Source: an uncultured Gemmatimonadaceae bacterium
GTDB taxonomy: Bacteria; Gemmatimonadota; Gemmatimonadetes; Gemmatimonadales; GWC2-71-9
Assembly (NCBI GenBank): GCA_964501735.1
Contig: CAZCVG010000001.1
Span: forward strand, 1-53,184
Length of the DNA: 53,184 bases
Direction of reading: 5' to 3'
Shown here piece after piece: positions 44,809-53,184 of the stretch. How positions within the stretch are numbered: the stretch's first letter is position 1; every line of letters begins with the position of its first letter. Both the position numbers and the translations under genes were made by a program. The notes beneath the pieces are model-generated. The model was not told the DNA's origin. It saw only the letters and a program-made list of their open reading frames with translations, and made no database searches.

Positions 44809-46220
44809 ACCAGGCCCTGGTGGCGGCACTCGGCGGCATCGTCGGCGGGCGCTGGGTCCGGCACCGGCCGTCGGAACTGGCCACCTATGCCGCTGACGGG
44901 CTTCCCACCCACGAATCCCAGCCCGGGCTGGTGGTCCTGCCGGCCAACAAGGCGGAGGTGGCCCGGGTGCTCAGGCTGCTGCACCTGCTGCAGGTCCCCT
45001 TCGTGGCCCGCGGCGCCGGTACCGGCCTCTCCGGCGGCGCCCTGGCAGGAGCGCCGGCCGTGCTGGTCACCCTGACCCGGATGAACCGCATCCTGGAGAT
45101 CCAGCCCGCCCGGCGGCGGGCCCGGGTGGAGCCGGGCGTGATCAACGCCCGGCTGTCGGAGGCGGCGGCCGCCTTCGGCCTGCACTACGTCCCCGACCCC
45201 TCCAGCCAGAGCGCCTGCACTATCGGGGGGAACGTGGCCGAGAACGCCGGCGGCCCCCACTGTCTCAAGTACGGTGTCACCACCAACCATGTCACCGCGC
45301 TCGAGGTGGTCCTCGCCGACGGCAGCACCGTGCGCCTGGGCTCGGCGCCCGGCGAGCCGTGGGGGCCGGACCTGGTGGGCCTCTTCGTCGGCAGCGAGGG
45401 GATGTTCGGCATCGCGGTGGAGATCACGGTGCGGCTGGAACCGGTTCCCCGCGCCGTCCGGACCATCTTCGCCGACTTCCTCGAGCTCCGCTCGGCGGGC
45501 GTGGCGGTGTCCGCGATCATCGCTTCCGGCATCGTGCCCGCGGCGCTGGAGATGATGGACCAGTCCTGCATCCGCGCGGTGGAGGCATCCATCTATGCCA
45601 CCGGCGCCCGGACCGACGCGGCCGCCATGCTGCTGGTGGAGCTGGATGGCTCCCCCGAGGCGGTGGAGGCCGAGGCGGCACTGGTGGAGCGGCTGCTCCG
45701 CAGCCACGGGGCGCGCGAACTGCGCAGCGCCACCTCCGCGGCCGACCGGGCCCGGCTCTGGCAGGGCCGCAAGAAGGCCTTCGGCGCGCTGGGACGGATC
45801 GCGCCGGACCTGGCGGTGCAGGACGCGGTGGTGCCCCGGTCGGTGCTGCCGGACATCCTCGATCGCATCGCCGAGATCCGGGACCGCCTGGACCTCCGGA
45901 TCAGCAACGTCTTCCACGCCGGGGACGGGAACCTCCACCCCTGCATCAGCTTCGACCGCCGGGCTCCGGGCCAGACCGCGCGGGTCGAGCAGGCCAGCCG
46001 GGAGATCATGGAGGCCTGCCTCGGCGCCGGCGGCAGCATCACCGGCGAGCACGGCGTGGGGAGCGACAAGCGCGATTACATGCCGCGGGCCTTCAGCGCC
46101 GGCACCCTCGACCTGATGTGCGAGGTCCGCCGGGCCTTCGACCGGGACGCCCGGGCCAACCCGGGCAAGGTGGTGCCGGTGCACCTGTGCCGCGAGTGGC
46201 GGCGGGCGGGTGTCCCATGA
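44805..46220 (+). CDS. glcD: glycolate oxidase subunit GlcD (FAD-linked oxidase)
   Basis: ARGAGTGLSGGA FAD site and the HAGDGNLHP block. Followed by glcE and glcF. Confidence 0.88.
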   Translation: MNQALVAALGGIVGGRWVRHRPSELATYAADGLPTHESQPGLVVLPANKAEVARVLRLLHLLQVPFVARGAGTGLSGGALAGAPAVLVTLTRMNRILEIQPARRRARVEPGVINARLSEAAAAFGLHYVPDPSSQSACTIGGNVAENAGGPHCLKYGVTTNHVTALEVVLADGSTVRLGSAPGEPWGPDLVGLFVGSEGMFGIAVEITVRLEPVPRAVRTIFADFLELRSAGVAVSAIIASGIVPAALEMMDQSCIRAVEASIYATGARTDAAAMLLVELDGSPEAVEAEAALVERLLRSHGARELRSATSAADRARLWQGRKKAFGALGRIAPDLAVQDAVVPRSVLPDILDRIAEIRDRLDLRISNVFHAGDGNLHPCISFDRRAPGQTARVEQASREIMEACLGAGGSITGEHGVGSDKRDYMPRAFSAGTLDLMCEVRRAFDRDARANPGKVVPVHLCREWRRAGVP

Positions 46221-47434
46221 GCGTGGTCCTCGATCGCCTGCGGCAGCTGCTGGGGGCCGAGGGCGTGGAGCAGGACCCGCGCGGCCTGCCCCGGGCCGTC
46301 CCGGAGAGCGATGACGCGCTCGCCCTGGTGTGTCAGGCGGCGGGCCAGGAGGGCTGGAAGGTGCGGGTCGAGGGCCGGGGCAGCTGGGTCCCGCTCGACG
46401 GGCCCGCCGACCTCGCCGTCTCCACCCGGGGACTCACCCGGATCGCCTCGGTGAGCCCCGACGACCTCGTCGCCACGGTGGACGCCGGAGTGCCGCTCGA
46501 CGCCCTGCGCGCCGAGCTGGAGCGGCACCGGCTGTGGCTGGCGCTGGACCCGCCCGGCCGCCCCGACCGCACCATCGGCGGTGTCGTGGCCAGCGGCACC
46601 GCCGGCCCGCTGCGCCACGGCTTCGGGCCGGTGCGTGATCATGTGCTGGGGTGCACCGTCGCCACCGGCGACGGCCGCCTGGTGGAGGCGGGCGGACGGG
46701 TGGTAAAGAACGTGGCGGGCTACGACCTGACCAAGCTCCACGCCGGCGGGTTCGGGGGGTTCGGCATCATCACGGCGCTTCACCTGCGGCTCCGGGCCCA
46801 GCCTTCGGTGGACCGAACGCTGGTGGCCCGCGGGGAGCGTGGCCCCCTGTGGGAAGCGGCCCGGCGGGTGCTGGAGGCACGGGTGGGCACCGTCGTCCTG
46901 GAGCTGCTCTCCCCGGGGCTCACCGCCCGGACCGAGTGGTCCCTCGCCGCCCGCCTGACCGGGACGGAGGCGGGAGTCGAGGCCGAGTGCGGTGGGCTGG
47001 AGGGCCTCACCGGGATCCCGTGGGAGCGGCTCCCGCCCGAGGGAGCCGGCGCCTTCTGGAACCTGGTGGCGCGGGCGCCGCTGGCCGGGAGCGTGTCGCT
47101 CCGGCTGGCGACGCTGCTCGATGGGGTGGAAGACTCGCTGGACCTGGTCACCGAGCTGCTCGACGACGGCATTCTCTCCGCCGGCGCCGCCAGCGGCGCC
47201 CTGCGGTGGGCGGGTGACACCGACGCGGCCACGCTGCTCGCGCTGCGGCAGCGGGCGGCGGTGCGCGAGATTCCGCTCACCCTGGAGCGGGCCCCCTGGC
47301 CGCTCCGGCGGCAGGTCGGCCACTTCGGCGCCTACCGGGAAGGAGTGGGCCAGCTGGTGGACCGGCTGCGGGAGACCTTCGACCCCGGCCGGAATCTCGC
47401 CGTGGCGCTCGAGGGAGAGCGGGACCCGGCGTGA
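46217..47434 (+). CDS. glcE: glycolate oxidase FAD-binding subunit GlcE
   Basis: ATG overlaps the glcD stop. Has a VKNVAGYDLTKL block and lies between glcD and glcF. Confidence 0.8.
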   Translation: MSVVLDRLRQLLGAEGVEQDPRGLPRAVPESDDALALVCQAAGQEGWKVRVEGRGSWVPLDGPADLAVSTRGLTRIASVSPDDLVATVDAGVPLDALRAELERHRLWLALDPPGRPDRTIGGVVASGTAGPLRHGFGPVRDHVLGCTVATGDGRLVEAGGRVVKNVAGYDLTKLHAGGFGGFGIITALHLRLRAQPSVDRTLVARGERGPLWEAARRVLEARVGTVVLELLSPGLTARTEWSLAARLTGTEAGVEAECGGLEGLTGIPWERLPPEGAGAFWNLVARAPLAGSVSLRLATLLDGVEDSLDLVTELLDDGILSAGAASGALRWAGDTDAATLLALRQRAAVREIPLTLERAPWPLRRQVGHFGAYREGVGQLVDRLRETFDPGRNLAVALEGERDPA

Positions 47435-48693
47435 CCACGTCCGTGGACTTCAGCACGCTCGATCCCTGCGTGCACTGCGGGTTCTGCCTGCCCGCCTGCC
47501 CCACCTACCTGGCCACCGGCGACGAAGCCGACAGCCCGCGGGGCCGCATCGTCCTGATGCGGGCGCTGGGGCGGGGCGAAGCTGGCCCTAACGATCCTGC
47601 GCTCCGGCAGCATCTCGATGCCTGCCTCGGGTGCCGGGGTTGCGAACCGGTCTGCCCGGCGGGTGTGGGGTACGGCCGCGGACTCGAGGCCGCCCGGGAA
47701 CTGCTGGCCCGCTCCCGCGGGATCCGGCCGGCGGCCCGCCTGCTGCTCGCGGTCTTTTCCCGCCGGTGGCTGTGGCGTCCGCTATTCGCATTGGCCCGGT
47801 GGTTCCGAAACCTTGGGCTTGCCCGGCGGGGCGCGGGCCGGGGTCGCATTGGCTTCGGCGTGGGCATGATCGCGGCGTCTGCACCGGGAGAAGCGGCACC
47901 CGCCGGGGCCGTGGCGCACGCTGCCCGCCAGGCGCCATCCCGCGGCCGGGTGGCGCTCTTCCGCGGCTGCGTGATGGACGGCCTGTTCGGCCATGTGCAC
48001 CAGGCCACCCGGCGCACCCTCGAGGCCAACGGCTACATCGTCATCGAGGTGGCCGGGCAGGCCTGCTGCGGCGCGCTGCACGCTCATGCCGGCGATCGGC
48101 CGGGCGCCGAGCGTCTGGCCCTCCAGAACCTCGCGGCCTTCGCGGACCCGGTGGACTACATCGTCGTCAACAGCGCGGGATGCGGGGCCATGCTCAAGGA
48201 GTACGGCCACCTCCTGGGCACGGGCCCCGCAACGGCCTTGGGCGCCCGGGTCCGTGACGTGACCGAACTCCTCGCCTCGGCCGGCCCGCGCCGGGCCGGC
48301 TCGCTCCCACTGGAGGTAGCCTACGACGCCCCCTGCCACCTCCAGCATGCGCAGCGGGTCCATGAGGACCCCCTCACCGTGCTCGGCGCCATTCCCGGGC
48401 TCCGGGTCCGGCTGCTACCCGGCAGCGACCAGTGCTGCGGCGCCGCCGGGATCTACTCGACCATCGAGCCGGCCATGTCGCAGGCGGTGCTCTCCGCCAA
48501 GATCGCCGAGATCGGCCGGGCCGAGCCGCGCCCCGCACTGGTGGCCACCGGAAACCCCGGGTGCCTGATGCAGATCGGGGCCGGGTTGCTGGCGGCGGGG
48601 CTCCCCATCCGGGCGGTGCACCCGGTCGAACTCCTCGACCAGGCCTACGCCGCCGGTGGCCTGTACGAGGCCCCGGGCCAGCCCGGCCCCTGA
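47431..48693 (+). CDS. glcF: glycolate oxidase iron-sulfur subunit GlcF
   Basis: CVHCGFCLPACPTY and CLGCRGCEPVCPAGV ferredoxin motifs, plus two CCG domains (CCGA). Confidence 0.9.
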   Translation: MTTSVDFSTLDPCVHCGFCLPACPTYLATGDEADSPRGRIVLMRALGRGEAGPNDPALRQHLDACLGCRGCEPVCPAGVGYGRGLEAARELLARSRGIRPAARLLLAVFSRRWLWRPLFALARWFRNLGLARRGAGRGRIGFGVGMIAASAPGEAAPAGAVAHAARQAPSRGRVALFRGCVMDGLFGHVHQATRRTLEANGYIVIEVAGQACCGALHAHAGDRPGAERLALQNLAAFADPVDYIVVNSAGCGAMLKEYGHLLGTGPATALGARVRDVTELLASAGPRRAGSLPLEVAYDAPCHLQHAQRVHEDPLTVLGAIPGLRVRLLPGSDQCCGAAGIYSTIEPAMSQAVLSAKIAEIGRAEPRPALVATGNPGCLMQIGAGLLAAGLPIRAVHPVELLDQAYAAGGLYEAPGQPGP

Positions 48694-48732
48694 CCGGGTG
48701 CGGACCGGGCACCTTCCGCTATCTTCCGCGCC

Positions 48733-49392
48733 ATGGACCGAGCCATCCTCTTCGATTTCAACGGCGTCATCGTGGACGATGAGCCGCAGCACTGCGAGGC
48801 CCTGATCGAGACCCTCGCCACCTACGGCTACGACCTGGACCGCGACCGCTACTACCGCGAGTACCTCGGGTTCGACGACCGCGAGTGTTTCCGCTACAGC
48901 TTCCGCCAGATGGGGCTCTCCACCGAATCGGCCCGGATCCAGGAGGCTATCGCGCGCAAGGCAGAGCGCTACGAGCGCGCCATCCGGGCCTCCATGCAGC
49001 TGGTGCCGGGGTCGGCGGACTTCATCCGGGCCGCCGCCGCCAGCGGGCTCCGGCTGGCGGTCGTCTCGGGGGCCCTGCGCCGGGAGATTGACCTGGTGCT
49101 CGATGAAGCGGACCTGGCCGGGTATTTCGAGCTGATCGTCGCGGCCGAGGACGTGAGCGCGTGCAAGCCCAATCCCGAGGGCTACCTCCTGGCCAGCCGG
49201 GCGCTCGGCCTGCCGGGGGAGCGGTACGTCGTCATCGAGGATTCGCTGCCCGGCCTCCAGGCCGCCCATCAGGCGGGACTCCGCTGCGCCATGGTGAGTA
49301 CGTCCCATCCCGCCCACGAGCTGGCCGGGGCCGACCTGGTCTGGCCCTCGCTCGAGGGACGGCATCCCGACGACCTTCCCTGGAGCCGTTGA
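48733..49392 (+). CDS. HAD-IA family hydrolase (beta-phosphoglucomutase-like) with a DxN motif I
   Basis: AILFDFNGVIVDDE, VVSGA and IEDSLPGLQAAHQAG. Confidence 0.8.
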   Translation: MDRAILFDFNGVIVDDEPQHCEALIETLATYGYDLDRDRYYREYLGFDDRECFRYSFRQMGLSTESARIQEAIARKAERYERAIRASMQLVPGSADFIRAAAASGLRLAVVSGALRREIDLVLDEADLAGYFELIVAAEDVSACKPNPEGYLLASRALGLPGERYVVIEDSLPGLQAAHQAGLRCAMVSTSHPAHELAGADLVWPSLEGRHPDDLPWSR

Positions 49393-50366
49393 GCGTGGCC
49401 GTGCCTACCCTGGATGCCACCCGGCTCCACCGCCTTCAGGAGGGCGCGGTGGCGGTGCGAGACCAGCCCGCGATGTTTGAGGTGCAGGGCCCGGGTGCCC
49501 TCGCCTGCATGCAGGGGCTCCTCACCAACGACCTGGAACGCGCGGGAGAGGAGAGCCTTGTCTTCGGGGCATTGCTCACCCCCAAGGGGGCCATCGTGGT
49601 GGACCTCTGGGTCCTCCGAACCGGTGGCCGCCTGCTGCTGGTGGCGGAGGCCGCCGCCCGGCAGCCGGCCACGGAACTGCTCCGCCGGTCGCTGCCACCT
49701 CGCCTGGCCGCCGTCACCGACCGCACCGGTGAACTCGGCGTGGCCTGGCTGTATGGCCTGGCCCTCGAGGAAGCGCTCGCCCAGACCGGGCTGGCCCCGC
49801 TGCCGGAGGAGGGCCGGGTCCTGGTGGCAGGGGACCTCCAGCTGGCCCGCCCCCCGGCGAGTGCCCCGTTCCGTGCCCTGCTGGCCGGTCCGATGGACGC
49901 CCTGGGCGCCGCCCTCGAAACCAGCGGGCTACCCGAAGGCGACGGGGACGACCGGGAAGCGGCCCGGATCCTCGCCGGGTGGCCCCGGCTGGGGGCCGAG
50001 ATTCAGGAACGGACCCTGGTGCAGGAGGTGCGGTTCGACGAGATCGGCGGGGTGTCTTACACCAAGGGCTGCTATACCGGACAGGAGACCGTGGCCCGGC
50101 TGCACTTCCGGGGACACGTGAACCGGGAACTCCGCGGACTCGCCTGGGACGGCCCCCCCGCCCTGGTGGACCGCGTGGTGGTGGATCAGGACGGGCTCGA
50201 GGTCGGCCGGGTGCGCTCGGTGGTTGCGGTTCCCGGCTGGCTGCTCGGGCTGGCCCTGCTCCGCCGGGAAGTTGAGCCGGGCGCCCAGGTGGTCGCCGGG
50301 GGGCATCCCGCGACCGTCGTCCACCTCCCCTTCGAGGAAGCCTACCGGCAGACGGCCGCGGGTTGA
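49389..50366 (+). CDS. ygfZ: folate-binding Fe-S cluster repair/tRNA-modification protein YgfZ
   Basis: The family signature is the KGCYTGQE motif (YTKGCYTGQETVARL). The start is uncertain (TTG 49389 or GTG 49395). Confidence 0.82.
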   Translation: MSVAVPTLDATRLHRLQEGAVAVRDQPAMFEVQGPGALACMQGLLTNDLERAGEESLVFGALLTPKGAIVVDLWVLRTGGRLLLVAEAAARQPATELLRRSLPPRLAAVTDRTGELGVAWLYGLALEEALAQTGLAPLPEEGRVLVAGDLQLARPPASAPFRALLAGPMDALGAALETSGLPEGDGDDREAARILAGWPRLGAEIQERTLVQEVRFDEIGGVSYTKGCYTGQETVARLHFRGHVNRELRGLAWDGPPALVDRVVVDQDGLEVGRVRSVVAVPGWLLGLALLRREVEPGAQVVAGGHPATVVHLPFEEAYRQTAAG

Positions 50367-50382
50367 GCCTCCCGGAACGCAG

Positions 50383-50412
50383 AAGGGCCGCCCTGGAAGG
50401 CGGCCCTTTCGC
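50383..50412. terminator. bidirectional intrinsic terminator
   Basis: AAGGGCCGCC-ctggaa-GGCGGCCCTT is a 10-bp stem with T-rich flanks on both strands. It sits between convergent ygfZ and the mini-lipoprotein gene. Confidence 0.65.
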
Positions 50413-50441
50413 TTACGGCAGTGGCTACTCGGCGCCGGGCC

Positions 50442-50615
50442 TCAGTGGGACGCGCTGTCCCGCACCATCGTGGTGTCGTGCTGCATGCCCGGCATGGCGG
50501 AGTCGGTCATGGCCGGGGCAACCGCGGTGGTGGTGTCGGCGGCCGGGGCGGCCTCCTCCTTCTTGCCACAGGCGGCGACCACCAGGATCGCGGCAAGGGC
50601 GAGGTACTTCTTCAT
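50442..50615 (-). CDS. 57-aa lipoprotein with a Met/His-rich tail
   Basis: GAGGAA lies 4 nt upstream of the ATG. Translation is MKKYLALAAILVVAACGKKEE...AMTDSAMPGMQHDTTMVRDSASH. This is the internal start of track ORF 50442..50690. Confidence 0.65.
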   Translation of the reverse strand: MKKYLALAAILVVAACGKKEEAAPAADTTTAVAPAMTDSAMPGMQHDTTMVRDSASH

Positions 50616-50843
50616 CGGTTCCTCTGACTGTGAATTGTGGCCTGCGGCGTGTCCGTCCGGGCGGAAGGGAGCCCGGGAAAAGGCGCGCACAAGTTAGTCA
50701 GGCGCTTCCGGCTGTCAAGCGGTGGCAGGGGGCAAAGCGCCGAGCCGGCCCGGGCGGGGAACGGGGCGGGCCGTCCGGGGGTAATCCGGTGATCTGGATC
50801 ACACCCCGGCCCACCCCGGCCGGTATACCGGTCCCCGCGCACC

Positions 50844-52322
50844 ATGGTATCCTCCAGCATGACCCGACTCCCCCAGACCCTCGGCGACCTGCGGCAGTCA
50901 CCCTGGTCCGAGGCCCCGCTCCGGGGCCGGACCGTGCGGGACGAGATCCGCGCCAACCTGCTCCGGATGCTCGAGGCCGGCGCCCCGCTCTTCCCCGGCA
51001 TCGTGGGCTACGAGGACACCATCCTGCCGCAGCTCACCAACGCCCTGCTGGCCCGGCACCATTTCATCCTGCTCGGCCTCCGGGGGCAGGCCAAGAGCCG
51101 CATCCTCCGGCAGCTGGTGCGGTTCCTGGACGAGCGCATCCCCATCGTGGCCGGGAGCGAGGTGAATGACGATCCCTTCGCGCCGATCTCCAAGTACGCC
51201 CGGGAGCGCCTGGGCGAGACCGGTGACGCCACCCCGATCGCCTGGCTGGGCCGGGACCAGCGCTACATCGAGAAGCTGGCCACGCCCGACGTCACCGTGG
51301 CCGACCTGATCGGCGACGTGGATCCCATCAAGGCGGCGCGAGGCGGGCACCTGCTCTCCGACGAGCTGACCATGCACTTCGGGCTCCTGCCCCGCGCCAA
51401 CCGCGGCATCTTCACCATCAACGAGCTGCCGGACCTCTCAGGCAAGGTCCAGGTGGGCCTGTTCAACATCATGCAGGAGGGCGACGTCCAGATCAAAGGC
51501 TACCCGGTGCGGCTGCCGCTCGACGTGCTGCTCGCCTTCACCGCCAATCCCGAGGACTACACCGCGCGGGGCAAGATCATCACCCCGCTCAAGGATCGGA
51601 TCGGGTCGGAGCTCATCACCCACTATCCCCGCACGGTGGAGCTGGGCATGGCCATCACCGCGCAGGAGTCGTGGACCGCGCGGGGCGGCCGGCCGGTGCG
51701 GGTTCCCGACTTCATCCAGGAGCTGATCGAACGGGTGGCCTTCGAGGCCCGGACCGACAAGCGGGTGGACCGGCGTTCGGGTGTGAGCCAGCGGCTCCCG
51801 ATCAGCGTCCTCGAACACGCCATCTCGAGCGCCGAGCGGCGGGCCCTGCTCGCCGGCGAGTCCGAGGTGGTACCGCGAGTGAGCGACGTCTACGCCGCCC
51901 TGCCGTCCATCACCGGCAAGCTGGAGCTGGAGTACGAGGGAGAGCTGCAGGGCGGGGAGACCATCGCGCGGGACCTCATCCGGCGGGCCGCGGGCGCTAC
52001 TCTCACTGAGCGGCTGGGGGAAATCGGCCTCGAGGGCATCGTGGCCTGGTTCGACGGCGGGGGAGCCCTCAAGGTGCTGGGCGACGAGCGCACGCCCCTC
52101 TGCCTCAAGGGCTTCGGCGTGGTGCCGGGGCTGGTGGATGCGGCGGTGGCCGGCCAGCTCTCGGCCCGGGACGACGGCCCCACCATGGTGGCCGCGTGCG
52201 AGCTGATCCTCGAGGGCCTTGCCGCCCACAAGCGGATCAGCCGCAACGAGGAGCTGGGCTACACCAGGGCTCGTCCCGAGCGAAAGGACCCGATGGGCGG
52301 GAAGGGGCTGGGGCTGGGGTGA
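50844..52322 (+). CDS. BchI/ChlI-like (Mg-chelatase-type) AAA+ ATPase of unknown function
   Basis: Walker A GLRGQAKS, a Walker-B-like IFTINELPDL, and length and layout of the roughly 490-aa chelatase-like family. An ATG at 50859 is an alternative start. Confidence 0.7.
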   Translation: MVSSSMTRLPQTLGDLRQSPWSEAPLRGRTVRDEIRANLLRMLEAGAPLFPGIVGYEDTILPQLTNALLARHHFILLGLRGQAKSRILRQLVRFLDERIPIVAGSEVNDDPFAPISKYARERLGETGDATPIAWLGRDQRYIEKLATPDVTVADLIGDVDPIKAARGGHLLSDELTMHFGLLPRANRGIFTINELPDLSGKVQVGLFNIMQEGDVQIKGYPVRLPLDVLLAFTANPEDYTARGKIITPLKDRIGSELITHYPRTVELGMAITAQESWTARGGRPVRVPDFIQELIERVAFEARTDKRVDRRSGVSQRLPISVLEHAISSAERRALLAGESEVVPRVSDVYAALPSITGKLELEYEGELQGGETIARDLIRRAAGATLTERLGEIGLEGIVAWFDGGGALKVLGDERTPLCLKGFGVVPGLVDAAVAGQLSARDDGPTMVAACELILEGLAAHKRISRNEELGYTRARPERKDPMGGKGLGLG

Positions 52323-52380
52323 GGCGGCGGGACGGAAACGGCCAGCGAGACTCGCAGGCCAGGGAGAGTGGCCCTCCCGG

Positions 52381-53010
52381 CTATTGAGCGCCCCAGCCCC
52401 GGCGCCTGGCCTCGGTCACGATGACCCCGGCAGCGCCGGGCAGGCCCAGGAGCCCGGTGTTGAGGACCATGTGGAAGTGGGAGGGGTCGTCCCAGTCGCG
52501 GCCGTAATGCTCCCGGTGATAGCGGGCCCGGTGGGCGTCGGTGCGGTCCATGGTGCGTTCCGCCGTCTCCGCGTCCAGCCCCTCGGCGTCCATCGCGAGC
52601 CGGATGCGGAAGTCCCGCGGGGCAACCAGCTTGACGTGAAGCGCGTTCCCCGGCTGCCCCAGCACCGCCGGCGCCGCCCGTCCCACCAGCACCACCCGCC
52701 CTTCGGCCGCCACCTCCCGCACCACCAGCTCGGTGAACCGCACCACGTCGGGCTCCTCGGCCCGCACAGCCACGCCCAGCTCGGGGACCGGGTATTCCTG
52801 CGAGGCATTGGCCAGGGCCCGGGCCAGGCGCTCGACGAACCCCGGGACGCGCTCGTCCTGGGCAGCCACCAGGTCCGCCGACAACCCCGCCCGCTCCGCG
52901 ACCCGGTCCACGATCTCGTTGTCCACCACGCTCCACCCCAGCCCCTCTGCGACCAGCTGGGCGACCTCGGATCCGCCGGCGCCGTATTGGCGGGAGATGG
53001 TGATGATCAT
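52381..53010 (-). CDS. cytidylate-kinase-like family P-loop protein
   Basis: Internal ATG gives MIITISRQYGAGGSEVA, the N-terminal P-loop of this family. The upstream part of track ORF 52381..53085 is Pro-rich junk. Confidence 0.75.
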   Translation of the reverse strand: MIITISRQYGAGGSEVAQLVAEGLGWSVVDNEIVDRVAERAGLSADLVAAQDERVPGFVERLARALANASQEYPVPELGVAVRAEEPDVVRFTELVVREVAAEGRVVLVGRAAPAVLGQPGNALHVKLVAPRDFRIRLAMDAEGLDAETAERTMDRTDAHRARYHREHYGRDWDDPSHFHMVLNTGLLGLPGAAGVIVTEARRRGWGAQ

Positions 53011-53093
53011 GAGGAGGAGGATTGGTAAGGGAGATTGATGGGGCAGGAGAATGACTGGCGGGAAAGGCGGTCCCGGCCACCACACATGGACCG

Positions 53094-53157
53094 GCCCGTC
53101 CTACCGTCTTACTGTCCGACCGTCCGACCGTCCGCCTGTCCGCCTGTCCGCCTGTCC
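53094..53157. repeat. tandem 8-bp repeat (eight units, consensus GMCYGTCC)
   Basis: The units are gcccgtcc taccgtct tactgtcc gaccgtcc gaccgtcc gcctgtcc gcctgtcc gcctgtcc, head to tail. Confidence 0.9.
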
Positions 53158-53184
53158 GCCCCTATAGTCTTATCCCTGCCCGCG

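Noticed and set aside
50723-50739. Second sigma54-like element TGGCAGGGGGCAAAGCG upstream of the BchI-like ATPase
   Set aside because: The GG-to-GC offset is 13 nt instead of 12, the -12 region lacks TTGC, and there are no upstream palindromes or IHF site.
53094-53157. Possible CRISPR or minisatellite array
   Set aside because: The units are 8 bp with no spacers and no cas genes nearby. It is a simple tandem repeat and is reported as such.

Overview
This is a very GC-rich chromosomal segment in which third codon positions are almost always G or C. It is densely packed with genes in three long co-directional trains. Gene content (TamA/TamB, Lgt, a family-9 LPS glycosyltransferase, beta-barrel signatures) points to a diderm bacterium. 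A Gemmatimonadota-like organism is only a guess. All gene calls rest on motifs I recognise by eye, because no database search was possible.

Train 1 (+ strand, 3.0-17.2 kb) is housekeeping: yebC-ruvC-ruvA-[58-aa Zn ribbon]-ruvB-queA-tgt-yajC-def-fmt-thiE-thiS-thiG-rsmB-[PASTA-only protein]-rpe-tlpA-like-tsaD-lgt. Most junctions overlap (ATGA/GTGA).

Train 2 (- strand, 35.8 to 21.4 kb) is an 11-gene chain that is almost fully translationally coupled: tamA-like, tamB, lipid kinase, GAF/PAS histidine kinase, NtrC-family regulator, 53-aa 4xCxxC protein, NlpC/P60, HAD, CYTH, membrane protein, acpS.

Train 3 (+ strand, 35.9-50.4 kb) is mixed: dacB, sixA, an fprA-like reductase, a lipoprotein, GNAT, a PduO-type adenosyltransferase, aroB, an RpoD-family sigma factor, a Lon-N protein, glcDEF, HAD and ygfZ.

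I see no rRNA, tRNA, CRISPR, transposase or integrase.

The most interesting signals are:
1. The convergent lgt/FTR1 gap (17.2-17.5 kb) holds a complete enhancer-type sigma54 promoter: activator palindromes, an exact IHF core, and a -24/-12 element. It appears to drive a structured non-coding transcript of about 145 nt that ends at a strong intrinsic terminator. This is a candidate undescribed sigma54-dependent sRNA.
2. The HK / GAFTGA-less regulator / tiny zinc-finger / NlpC-P60 / HAD / CYTH / membrane-protein module is welded into the tamAB...acpS operon.
3. Two small cysteine-rich ORFs fall below the ORF-track size cutoff.
4. A kinase-less PASTA protein sits where PrkC sits in the conserved def-fmt-rsmB...rpe neighbourhood.

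The many long ORFs antisense to or overlapping these genes are GC-content artefacts.
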